64,000 bases of DNA from Thomasclavelia sp. (GCA_028749475.1 JAQVWN010000001.1:79945-143944), one strand, 5' to 3'. Shown: positions 34,675-43,062, counted from the stretch's first letter. Numbers and translations: made by a program. The notes: generated by a model from the letters alone, not told the origin.

Positions 34675-34727
34675 ATGTTCATTCGAAGTTCGAACTATTA
34701 TCGCAACTATCAAAAGGAGCGATAATT

Positions 34728-37454
34728 ATGAAAACATCCCTAAGAAAAGTACTCAGTGCAGTACTAGTATCAATGATGATACTTTCAATTAGCACTATTG
34801 GTGTCAACGCTGAGGGCGATGACACAACATCTGAAGATTATATCAAAGGTCATGAATTGACTGAAGAAGAAATCAAAGAACAACAAAAAAATGAACCTCA
34901 AAACTTACCTACTGTATCAGTTCCTGATGAGAAAACTGTTCAATCATCAAGAAGCAGTGATACATATGTACCAAGTAGTACGTATGCATCAAGTTATGAT
35001 GCAAGAAACTATGGTTTAGTTACTTCTGTAAAAAACCAAGGTAGTTCAGGTACATGTTGGGCATATGCTACAACTGCAGCTATGGAAACAGCTGCTGTTA
35101 AAGCTGGCCTTTCAAACAATGGTATTAATCTTTCAGAACAACATTTAGCCTATTTCTATTACAACAGAGTTGATAATGGATTAGGTAATACAAATAGTGA
35201 TTACAATTCAGTTCAAAGTGGTAAGAACTATTTAAGCAATGGTGGAAACACTAGAATGGTATTAAATGCATTAAGTGGTCATCAAGGTATGGCTAATGAA
35301 TCAACTGCATCAACTACTAATTCATACAAAACATATTCATCAAGTCTTTGTTACAAAGATCAAGTTCAAATGACTAATGGATATAATGTATGTCCTGGTT
35401 ATGTAAAAGATAATATTGATTCAGTAAAATCTGCAATATCAAAATATGGTAGTGCAGCAGCTATGTTTACATGGAATTCAAGTTATATGAATTACTCAAC
35501 TGCTGCCTATAGTTATCCTAGTACTTCAACTAACCATGCAATCCAAATTATTGGTTGGAATGATAACTATAGTAAATCAAACTTCAATAGTAATTCAGGA
35601 GTAACAAGCAATGGTGCTTGGATTTGTAAAAACTCATGGGGAACTAGTTGGGGAAAAAGTGGATATTTCTATATTTCATATCAAGATAAATCATTATCAA
35701 ATGTTGTATCTTACCAAGCAGGTAATGCTAATGCATATGACTATGAATATTATTATGATGGAACTGGTTATTTAGGTACACAATATATTCAAGCTGGTAA
35801 ATCAGCTGCTAATATTTATACAGTCAATGGAAATTCAACTGGTGAAACATTAAAAGCTGTTAACGTTGGATTCGCTAGTTCAAATGTTCAATATAGTATT
35901 CAAGCTTATGCTAATATTACAAATGTTTCTGATCCTACAAGTGGAACACCAATGTTTAGTACACCAGTTACAGGAACTACAACATTCTCAGGATTTTATA
36001 ACATTGCAGTAAACACAAATGCCATAATGCAAAAAGGAACTAAATATTCTATTGTAGTTACAGTAGAAGAAGGAACTAGTTTCTATTCAGATAAATCATA
36101 CAGTTATTCATGGACATCAGGAAACAATGCAACTGCATACAATCAAAGTTTCTTCCAAAATGGCAATGGTTGGTATGATTATAAAACATACAATGATTGT
36201 AGTTTAAGAATTAAAGCCTACACAAATAAAAACTCATTTACTATTCCTAGTTCAGCAGTTCAAATTGGTTCTAATAATACTGCTGATCATAAATTAGGAA
36301 CTAACGTTGCAGTTAATATTGATTCAAGCAAAGTTCAATCTGGATCAACATTTAAAGTAAATGTATCTAAAGGTTCTTCAAAAGTCCTTACTAATAATAC
36401 TTATTCATCAAATACAAGTTATACTTTTACTACTCCATCAACTGGTACTTATGATGTTAGTGTAAGTGCAGCTGATACCTATGGTAATACAGCTAATACA
36501 AACAGCACTTACCAAATTACTTCAAATGGATATGTTCCAACAATATCTTATCGTGGACATGTTCAAAATATTGGTTGGCAAGCATATGTTTCAAATGGAG
36601 CAACTGCTGGTACAATGGGAAAATCTTTAAGAGTAGAAGCCTTCAATATGAATATATCTAATACTGGATATGCTGGAAATCTTGAATATTGTTCTCATGT
36701 TCAAAACATTGGATGGCAAAGTTATGTAAGTAATGGTGCAATGTCCGGAACAAGTGGTAAATCATTTAGAGTTGAAGCTATGAAGATAAGACTTACTGGT
36801 GAAGTGGCTAATCATTATGATGTATACTATAGAGTCTATGCTCAAAACATCGGTTGGATGGGATGGGCTAAAGATGGTGAACAAGCAGGTACTGCTGGTT
36901 ATAGTTACCGTCTTGAAGCTATCCAAGTAAAACTTGTTGAAAAGAATGATACAGTAGCTCTTGCAAATTGTGCAACAACTACTGAAGCATTTAAACAAAG
37001 TCATCTTGCATATCAAACACATGTTCAAAATGTTGGTTGGCAAGGAAAAGTAAAAGAAGGTTTAATGTCAGGAACAAGTGGCAAATCACTTAGACTTGAA
37101 GGAATAAAAATTAATCTAGAAAATGTTTCAGAAGAAGGAAATATTGAGTATTCAACTCATGTTCAAAACATCGGTTGGCAAGGATATGCAAAAAATGGTG
37201 GAATGTCAGGAACTAGCGGTAAGTCACTTAGACTTGAGGCTATAAAGATTCGTTTGACAGGGGAAATGGCAAATACTTATGACATCTACTATTGTGTCCA
37301 TGCTCAAAACTTTGGTTGGATGGGATGGGCAAAAAATGGTGCTTCTGCAGGTACTGCTGGTTATGGTTACCGTTTAGAGGCTATCAAGATTGTCCTAGTT
37401 AAGAAAGGAGAAGCTGCTCCCGGTTCAACTATTAATTCCTTTAAACAAAAATAA
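34728..37454 (+). CDS. Secreted papain-family (C1A) cysteine protease with a central beta-rich region and 6 C-terminal ChW repeats
   Basis: Signal peptide MKTSLRKVLSAVLVSMMILSISTIGVNA. Catalytic motifs QGSSGTCWAYA (Cys codon 35055-35057), NHAIQIIGWNDN and KNSWGTSWGKSGYFYISY. AAAGGAG RBS. The ORF-track start at 34647 lies inside the leader terminator. Confidence 0.85.
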   Translation: MKTSLRKVLSAVLVSMMILSISTIGVNAEGDDTTSEDYIKGHELTEEEIKEQQKNEPQNLPTVSVPDEKTVQSSRSSDTYVPSSTYASSYDARNYGLVTSVKNQGSSGTCWAYATTAAMETAAVKAGLSNNGINLSEQHLAYFYYNRVDNGLGNTNSDYNSVQSGKNYLSNGGNTRMVLNALSGHQGMANESTASTTNSYKTYSSSLCYKDQVQMTNGYNVCPGYVKDNIDSVKSAISKYGSAAAMFTWNSSYMNYSTAAYSYPSTSTNHAIQIIGWNDNYSKSNFNSNSGVTSNGAWICKNSWGTSWGKSGYFYISYQDKSLSNVVSYQAGNANAYDYEYYYDGTGYLGTQYIQAGKSAANIYTVNGNSTGETLKAVNVGFASSNVQYSIQAYANITNVSDPTSGTPMFSTPVTGTTTFSGFYNIAVNTNAIMQKGTKYSIVVTVEEGTSFYSDKSYSYSWTSGNNATAYNQSFFQNGNGWYDYKTYNDCSLRIKAYTNKNSFTIPSSAVQIGSNNTADHKLGTNVAVNIDSSKVQSGSTFKVNVSKGSSKVLTNNTYSSNTSYTFTTPSTGTYDVSVSAADTYGNTANTNSTYQITSNGYVPTISYRGHVQNIGWQAYVSNGATAGTMGKSLRVEAFNMNISNTGYAGNLEYCSHVQNIGWQSYVSNGAMSGTSGKSFRVEAMKIRLTGEVANHYDVYYRVYAQNIGWMGWAKDGEQAGTAGYSYRLEAIQVKLVEKNDTVALANCATTTEAFKQSHLAYQTHVQNVGWQGKVKEGLMSGTSGKSLRLEGIKINLENVSEEGNIEYSTHVQNIGWQGYAKNGGMSGTSGKSLRLEAIKIRLTGEMANTYDIYYCVHAQNFGWMGWAKNGASAGTAGYGYRLEAIKIVLVKKGEAAPGSTINSFKQK
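36543..37451 (+). repeat. Array of 6 ChW repeat modules arranged as 2 triplets (coding)
   Basis: Same GWQ, GWQ, GWMGW triplet order as in the GH73 protein. The last triplet is, by my rough visual alignment, about 70-75% identical in protein to the last triplet of the 26143-28983 product. Confidence 0.8.
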
Positions 37455-37465
37455 TATTTTGTTTG

Positions 37466-37498
37466 TAGAGGTGCATGAATAATGCATCTCTATTTTTA
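37466..37498 (+). terminator. Intrinsic terminator
   Basis: TAGAGGTGCAT-gaata-ATGCATCTCTA (one G-U pair) followed by a T-run. Confidence 0.85.
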
Positions 37499-37557
37499 TT
37501 TTTTCTTGTTTAAGCAAATAGTTATCTATAATTAAATGATTATGATAATATAGGTTT

Positions 37558-38202
37558 ATGAAAGATTTAGCAATCATCTTTGATTTAGATGGAACATTAT
37601 TAAATACAAATAAGTTAATTATTGAAACCTTTAGACATACATTTAAAAAGTACAAACCAGGTTATACATTAAGTGATGAAGAACTACTTACATTTCTTGG
37701 ACCATCACTTAATGAAACCTTTAGTAAATACTTTTTAAAAGAAGATATAAATGAAATAATTGATTATTACCGAGACTTTAACCATTCACATCATGAAGAT
37801 TATGTTACGGTCTATCCAACAGTGTTGGATACTATTGATTATTTATATGAGGAAGGCTATCCGTTAGGGATTGTTACTACGAAGTTAAAGGAAGCCGCTT
37901 ATATTGGTCTTGACATGTATGATTTAAGGAAATACTTTAAAGTTATTATTGGTGGTGAAGATGTTAGTAAATCCAAACCTGATCCAGAAGGGATTAATAG
38001 TGCTTTATCTAAACTAAATACAAGTAAAGCTGTGTATGTTGGTGACAATGTGACAGATATCTTAGCTGGTAAGAATGCAAATGTATATACAATAGGAGTA
38101 GGTTGGTCTCCTAAAGGAAGTCAAGATTTAATCGATTTAAAACCAAGCAAAATGTTAAATCAAATGGAAGATATAATTGAATTTATAAAGGAGGTAGATT
38201 AA
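37558..38202 (+). CDS. HAD-superfamily hydrolase (PpaX/phosphoglycolate phosphatase-like)
   Basis: IIFDLDGTLLNT (motif I), VTTK (motif II), K...VGDNVTD (motifs III/IV). Confidence 0.8.
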   Translation: MKDLAIIFDLDGTLLNTNKLIIETFRHTFKKYKPGYTLSDEELLTFLGPSLNETFSKYFLKEDINEIIDYYRDFNHSHHEDYVTVYPTVLDTIDYLYEEGYPLGIVTTKLKEAAYIGLDMYDLRKYFKVIIGGEDVSKSKPDPEGINSALSKLNTSKAVYVGDNVTDILAGKNANVYTIGVGWSPKGSQDLIDLKPSKMLNQMEDIIEFIKEVD

Positions 38203-39111
38203 ATGGAAGATTTAGTAATTATTGGAGCAGGGCCAGCTGGGCTTAGTGCTGCTTTGTACGCTTCAAGGGCAGGAGCTAAAGTGTTAATTTTAGATGGAGG
38301 AGCACCAGGAGGAAAAATGAATCTTACTGCCAAGATTGAAAACTATCCTGGAGTTATTATGCAAGGACCTCAACTAGCTTATCAAATGTTTGAACAAGCA
38401 ACTTCATTTGGGGCTAAACTAGAATATAAAATGGTAACCGACATTAAAGATGAAGGTGAAATAAAAAAAGTCTATTGTGATGATGAAGTTATTGAAACAA
38501 AATATGTCTTTATTGCTTCTGGTACTAAAGAAAGAAGTATGGGTTTACCTGATGAAGAAAAACTAACTGGTAGAGGAATATCATATTGTGCAGTATGTGA
38601 TGGACCTTTCTTTAAAGATGAAATCATTGCAGTTATTGGTGGTGGCAACTCGGCTTTAACCGAAGCTTTATATCTGGCTGATATTGCTAGAGAAGTACAT
38701 GTTATTGTTAGAAGAGATGTCTTTAGAGCCGATAAGATACTTGTTGATAGAGTAAATGAAACTAGTAATATTACTATTCATTTCAATAAGAAACCACATG
38801 CTATTAAATCACAAGATGATAAAGTAGTAGGGTTAGAAATAATAGATTCTAAAACAGATGAATTAGAAACAATTAATCTAAGAGGAATCTTTCCATTTAT
38901 TGGTTTAGATCCAATTACTGATTTTGTTAAAGATTTAAAAATAACAAATGATAAGGGGTATATTGAAGTAAACTATAATCTTGAAACAAAAGTAAAAGGA
39001 ATCTATGCTGGTGGTGATGTTATTGTCAAAGAGTTAAGACAAGTTGTTACTGCTACAAGAGATGGAGCTATTGTTGGTCAAAAAGTGGCTGATCTAATTA
39101 GAAATAAATGA
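38203..39111 (+). CDS. trxB: Thioredoxin-disulfide reductase
   Basis: IIGAGPAGLSAALYASRAG FAD motif, CAVCDG redox-active site, GGGNSALTEALYL NADPH motif. 302 aa. Confidence 0.9.
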   Translation: MEDLVIIGAGPAGLSAALYASRAGAKVLILDGGAPGGKMNLTAKIENYPGVIMQGPQLAYQMFEQATSFGAKLEYKMVTDIKDEGEIKKVYCDDEVIETKYVFIASGTKERSMGLPDEEKLTGRGISYCAVCDGPFFKDEIIAVIGGGNSALTEALYLADIAREVHVIVRRDVFRADKILVDRVNETSNITIHFNKKPHAIKSQDDKVVGLEIIDSKTDELETINLRGIFPFIGLDPITDFVKDLKITNDKGYIEVNYNLETKVKGIYAGGDVIVKELRQVVTATRDGAIVGQKVADLIRNK

Positions 39112-39135
39112 TAACTAGATAATTTATTACTTTTT

Positions 39136-39163
39136 AAGAGTTCCAATTCAGGAACTCTTTTTT
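39136..39163 (+). terminator. Intrinsic terminator after trxB
   Basis: AAGAGTTCC-aattca-GGAACTCTT followed by T-run. Confidence 0.85.
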
Positions 39164-39211
39164 AATAAAACAATTTCACATAAATAAACAGTACACTTAT
39201 GGTGTGATTTT

Positions 39212-39220
39212 TGGTAGAAT
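39212..39220 (+). promoter_or_regulatory. Extended -10 promoter element upstream of rapZ
   Basis: TGgTAGAAT, 24 nt upstream of the ATG at 39245. The -35 is weak. Confidence 0.45.
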
Positions 39221-39244
39221 AGTAATGGTGAAGGGAGTGATACT

Positions 39245-40093
39245 ATGAAACAAAATAGAATAATCATGGTTACAGGAATGTCAGGGGCTGGTAAATCAAC
39301 GGCTATGGCAAACTTTGAAAATATGAATTATCGCTGTATTGATAACTATCCAGTTGACCTACTGACTGAGTTTGCGGAACTAGCTAAAGGTAATGCGACT
39401 TATTCAAGAGTAGCTATGGCTATTAACTTAACAGAAGCTAGTCGAGCTATTAGATTACTTAGTAATATTGATTGGTTAGACTTGAAAGTAGTATTTCTAG
39501 ATTGTGATGATGAAGTCATTTTAAAAAGATATAAAGAAACTAGAAGATCTCATCCTTTACTTATTTCAAATAAAGCATCCACTTTACTTGAAGCTATTGA
39601 TTTTGAAAGAAGAATCTTTGATAAAGTATCACCAATGGCTAATGCCATTATTGATACTACTCATTTAAAAGCTAGTAAGTTTCAAACATTATTAGAAAAT
39701 AAATTCAATATTGAATCAACAGAACCATTTAGAATCTCATTTGTATCCTTTGGATACAAATATGGAATTCCTAAAGATGCTGATTTATTATTTGATGTTC
39801 GTTTCTTACCAAATCCTTTCTACATTGAAGAATTAAGAAATAAAACTGGAAACGATAAAGAAGTAAAAGACTATGTTCTAGAAAAAGATGAAACAAAAAT
39901 CTTTATTAAAAAAATGGAAGATTTATTAGATTATTTATTAAACGAATACTCTAAAGAAGGAAAGATGCAATTAATAATTGGAATAGGTTGTACTGGTGGA
40001 CAACATCGTAGTGTAACTCTAACAAATTATTTTGCTGATCATTATAGCAGCGTTTATCCAGTAACTAGATTCCATCGGGACGCTAATCACTAA
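39245..40093 (+). CDS. rapZ: RNase adapter / nucleotide-binding protein RapZ (YvcJ family)
   Basis: VTGMSGAGKSTA Walker A. C-terminal GIGCTGGQHRSV motif characteristic of RapZ/YvcJ. Confidence 0.9.
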   Translation: MKQNRIIMVTGMSGAGKSTAMANFENMNYRCIDNYPVDLLTEFAELAKGNATYSRVAMAINLTEASRAIRLLSNIDWLDLKVVFLDCDDEVILKRYKETRRSHPLLISNKASTLLEAIDFERRIFDKVSPMANAIIDTTHLKASKFQTLLENKFNIESTEPFRISFVSFGYKYGIPKDADLLFDVRFLPNPFYIEELRNKTGNDKEVKDYVLEKDETKIFIKKMEDLLDYLLNEYSKEGKMQLIIGIGCTGGQHRSVTLTNYFADHYSSVYPVTRFHRDANH

Positions 40094-41040
40094 TGGTATC
40101 ATTTGCACGATTAGTTAAAGAAGAAATAGTCTTTAATGATTTTGATGATTGTTGTAAAAAAGCAATGCTTAGTGCCATCATCAAAATAAATGGTAATCTT
40201 TCTTTATCAAATGAAGGACTTTCGATTACAATTCGAACAGAAAATGCCAAAATTGCATCAAAAGTTCATAAAATGTTAAAAGAGTTGTATCATCCTAGTA
40301 TTGAGTTTCTTGTATCAAGAAAAATGAAACTCAATAAAAACAACGTTTACGTTGTAAAAGTAAATAAAGCTAAAGAAATACTAGCTGACTTACATGTCCA
40401 AGCCATAAGTACTAGTGAAGACTTAACTAAAACTTTGTTAAAGAAAGAATGCTGTAAAAGAGCCTACCTAGCGGGAGCCTTTCTTTCTAGTGGTAGTGTT
40501 AATAATCCAGAAACTAGTAATTATCATTTAGAGATAAGTGTTTTTGATGAAATAGAAGCTAATCTACTATTATCAATTATGAATAACTTTGAATTACATG
40601 CTAAGATGATCAAACGAAGAAATAAATATGTTATCTATTTAAAGTCAGCTGAAAAGATTGGAGACTTTCTAAGAGCTGTAGGAGCTAGTAAGTCAGTAAT
40701 GGATTTTGAAAGTACTAGAATAGATCGTTCAATGTCTAATACAGTTAATCGTTGGAATAACTGCGACATCGCTAATGAAGTTAAATCTATGACTACTGCC
40801 AACAAACAAATCAATAATATTAATGTTATTGAAATGTTTAAAGGTCTTGAAATGTTAGATGAAAAAACTCAAAGTGTAGCTAGAGTAAGATTAAAACATC
40901 CTGAATCATCACTTTCAGAACTGGTATCTTACTACTATGATGAAACTGGAGAAACGATATCTAAATCTGGATTACATCATCGCTTTAAAAAGATTAGTGA
41001 TGAAGCTGAGAAATTACTTAAAATGACGGAGCGTGATTAA
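40093..41040 (+). CDS. whiA: DNA-binding sporulation/cell-division regulator WhiA
   Basis: SFARLVKEEI N-terminus, LAGAFLSSGSVNNPE (LAGLIDADG-like), C-terminal HTH. 315 aa. ATG overlaps the rapZ stop. Confidence 0.9.
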   Translation: MVSFARLVKEEIVFNDFDDCCKKAMLSAIIKINGNLSLSNEGLSITIRTENAKIASKVHKMLKELYHPSIEFLVSRKMKLNKNNVYVVKVNKAKEILADLHVQAISTSEDLTKTLLKKECCKRAYLAGAFLSSGSVNNPETSNYHLEISVFDEIEANLLLSIMNNFELHAKMIKRRNKYVIYLKSAEKIGDFLRAVGASKSVMDFESTRIDRSMSNTVNRWNNCDIANEVKSMTTANKQINNINVIEMFKGLEMLDEKTQSVARVRLKHPESSLSELVSYYYDETGETISKSGLHHRFKKISDEAEKLLKMTERD

Positions 41041-41041
41041 A

Positions 41042-41263
41042 ATGACAATAGAAGAAAAATTTGGAAATAAAGTTCGTGAGCTACGCTTAAAACAAGATAT
41101 TTCTCAAGAAGAATTAGCTTTTAGATCAGGCTTATCTAAAAACTATATTTCAGATACTGAAAGAGGTAAAAGAAATATATCTTTAAAAGCTATTGAAAAA
41201 ATAGCCCATGGATTTAATGTTTCAGAAAAAGAATTATTTGCATTCAATTATAGAGGAGAATAG
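41042..41263 (+). CDS. Small XRE-family (HTH_3) transcriptional regulator
   Basis: VRELRLKQDISQEELAFRSGLSKNYISDTERGKRNISLKAIEKIA. ATG 41042 preferred to the ORF-track GTG at 41033, which overlaps whiA. Confidence 0.8.
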   Translation: MTIEEKFGNKVRELRLKQDISQEELAFRSGLSKNYISDTERGKRNISLKAIEKIAHGFNVSEKELFAFNYRGE

Positions 41264-41266
41264 AAA

Positions 41267-41554
41267 ATGGAATTTGTATATTTATTATTAGTAATACTTG
41301 TAATATGGGTCGTGTTATCTATATTCTTAGGGCTACTTTCTAGTCCAGTCTTTTGGATAGTTATAGCAGTAATATTTATTGTGTCAGCTATAAGAAGATA
41401 TTTATACGCTAAACAAATGGATGAGTATAATAAAGAATGGGAAGCTAAAAACGAACAAAAGAAAAAAGCTTATAAAGCCCAAGAAGATTATCGAAATAAT
41501 ACAGGTGATGTTATCGATGCCGATTATAAAGAATTCGATGATGATGATAAATAG
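41267..41554 (+). CDS. Small membrane protein (2 TM, highly charged C-terminal tail), unknown function
   Basis: 95 aa. Two hydrophobic helices, then a K/E/D-rich tail ending DDDDK. GGAG RBS. Tightly packed between its neighbours. Confidence 0.6.
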   Translation: MEFVYLLLVILVIWVVLSIFLGLLSSPVFWIVIAVIFIVSAIRRYLYAKQMDEYNKEWEAKNEQKKKAYKAQEDYRNNTGDVIDADYKEFDDDDK

Positions 41555-41571
41555 AAAGACAAGGTGTTAAT

Positions 41572-43050
41572 ATGAAATGTGAAAAGTGTGGACGAGAAAT
41601 AGCTGATGATATGAGGTTTTGTCCAGAGTGCGGAACACCAGTTCCAGTTAAATCTTATTGCCCCAAATGTGGTAATGAAATAAAACCAGGCGATCAGTTT
41701 TGTGAAAAATGCGGAACGTATGTTGGAGGACAACAAAATTTTCAAAACCAAAATCCAACCCCAAATCAAAATCAAAACTACAATCAACAACCATATAATA
41801 ATTATGGAAATTATTCTAATAGTTATAATCAATATGGCTCTAACCCTTATGGAAGTAATCAATACGGTTCTAACCAATATGGAAATAATCAATATGGTCC
41901 TAATCCCTACGGACCAGTAAATAGCTATAATAACCAAAATATGTATCAACCACCAATTAAAAAGGTTGATCCTAAATTAAACCATGAAGCAATCAAAAAT
42001 GATAAGTATAAAGGATATTGGCGTAAGCCAATAATTTGGATTATTTCTGGTTGTATTTTAGCTTTAAGTTTCTTTGCTTATTCTTTTATGGCTAGTAATC
42101 CAATTACTCATGAAAATGCCACATTAAATATTACTAGTAGTGAAACTACTCAAGCAGTCCAATCAAATATAAATAATAGTGGATTATCTTTTATTAAAGG
42201 AAATAGTATTTATTATGTTACTAATGCAACTTTATATAAAGCTGATAATATTGATAAAGGCTTTAATGGCGAAGGAGTAACTAAATTAGCTAAAAATGTA
42301 ACTGGTTATTTATATGCTGATGATAATTATGTCTATTATACTGATTCATCTAATAACTATATTCAACAAGATTTAAAGACTAAAAGTATTAATACTATTT
42401 TAAAAGATGTGTTTTATGTTCAAAGAATCGATAACAAAATATATTATCAATTAGATTCTGATGATGAATCATTACATGTTTATGATTTAGATAGTAAAGA
42501 AGATAAAGCTCTAAATAAAGAACATACTTATCAAACATATATCGATAAAGATAACTCTAAAATATATTATATTAAAGGAAATACCGAAACTGAGAAAGAT
42601 GATTTATGTGTTATTAATACTGATGGTAGTGAACATAAAGTACTAGTAAGTAATGTTAAAGCTACAGCTCTATTTGTAAATGAAAATAAATTATACTTTG
42701 CAAACAGTAAAGGAGTATGTACTTTAGATACAACTAATCTAACAGAAAATATGGAATCAACAGTTGTAACTAAAGAAGAAAATATCTATTCAATAAATCA
42801 ATATAAAGATGGTTATGTATTTAGTTCAGCAAGTAATTTTGGTGTTCAATATAAATCATATGATAATAAAGATAAAGATACTTTCTTTAGTAGTGAATAT
42901 GTATCATCTGTTGAAGTATTAGGAGATGCTTTATATATTAATACTGCAACTAGTGATTCAACAGGTAATTTATATTTTGTAAAAGGTAGTAAATATTGTG
43001 AAGTGGGATCAAATGAAACATCAAGTTATAGTTATGATGAAGATGAATAA
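41572..43050 (+). CDS. Double zinc-ribbon / N-Q-Y-rich disordered linker / single TM / extracytoplasmic beta-propeller-like (DUF5050-like) protein
   Basis: CxxC...CxxC twice (CEKCG..CPECG and CPKCG..CEKCG). About 75 aa N/Q/Y/G/P-rich segment. TM IIWIISGCILALSFFAYSFMA. Then repeated [ND]xx[IVL]YY...L...D blades. Confidence 0.75.
   Translation: MKCEKCGREIADDMRFCPECGTPVPVKSYCPKCGNEIKPGDQFCEKCGTYVGGQQNFQNQNPTPNQNQNYNQQPYNNYGNYSNSYNQYGSNPYGSNQYGSNQYGNNQYGPNPYGPVNSYNNQNMYQPPIKKVDPKLNHEAIKNDKYKGYWRKPIIWIISGCILALSFFAYSFMASNPITHENATLNITSSETTQAVQSNINNSGLSFIKGNSIYYVTNATLYKADNIDKGFNGEGVTKLAKNVTGYLYADDNYVYYTDSSNNYIQQDLKTKSINTILKDVFYVQRIDNKIYYQLDSDDESLHVYDLDSKEDKALNKEHTYQTYIDKDNSKIYYIKGNTETEKDDLCVINTDGSEHKVLVSNVKATALFVNENKLYFANSKGVCTLDTTNLTENMESTVVTKEENIYSINQYKDGYVFSSASNFGVQYKSYDNKDKDTFFSSEYVSSVEVLGDALYINTATSDSTGNLYFVKGSKYCEVGSNETSSYSYDEDE
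41827..41916 (+). repeat. Six tandem 15-nt (pentapeptide N-[QP]-Y-G-x) coding repeats
   Basis: NQYGS NPYGS NQYGS NQYGN NQYGP NPYGP, read directly from the sequence in frame. Confidence 0.9.
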
Positions 43051-43062
43051 TGGGAGAAAAGA

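Noticed and set aside
34647-34727. N-terminal extension of the protease ORF (MGHWGCPYFYVHSKF...)
   Set aside because: It starts inside the leader terminator hairpin and has no RBS. The ATG at 34728 has AAAGGAG upstream and begins a canonical signal peptide.
41524-41949. 141-aa antisense ORF opposite the zinc-ribbon protein gene, and the 72-aa ORF at 41702-41920 +
   Set aside because: They are artefacts of the low-complexity N/Q/Y repeat region. The translations are I/L/V/R-rich nonsense with no RBS, and they are fully contained in a well-supported gene.
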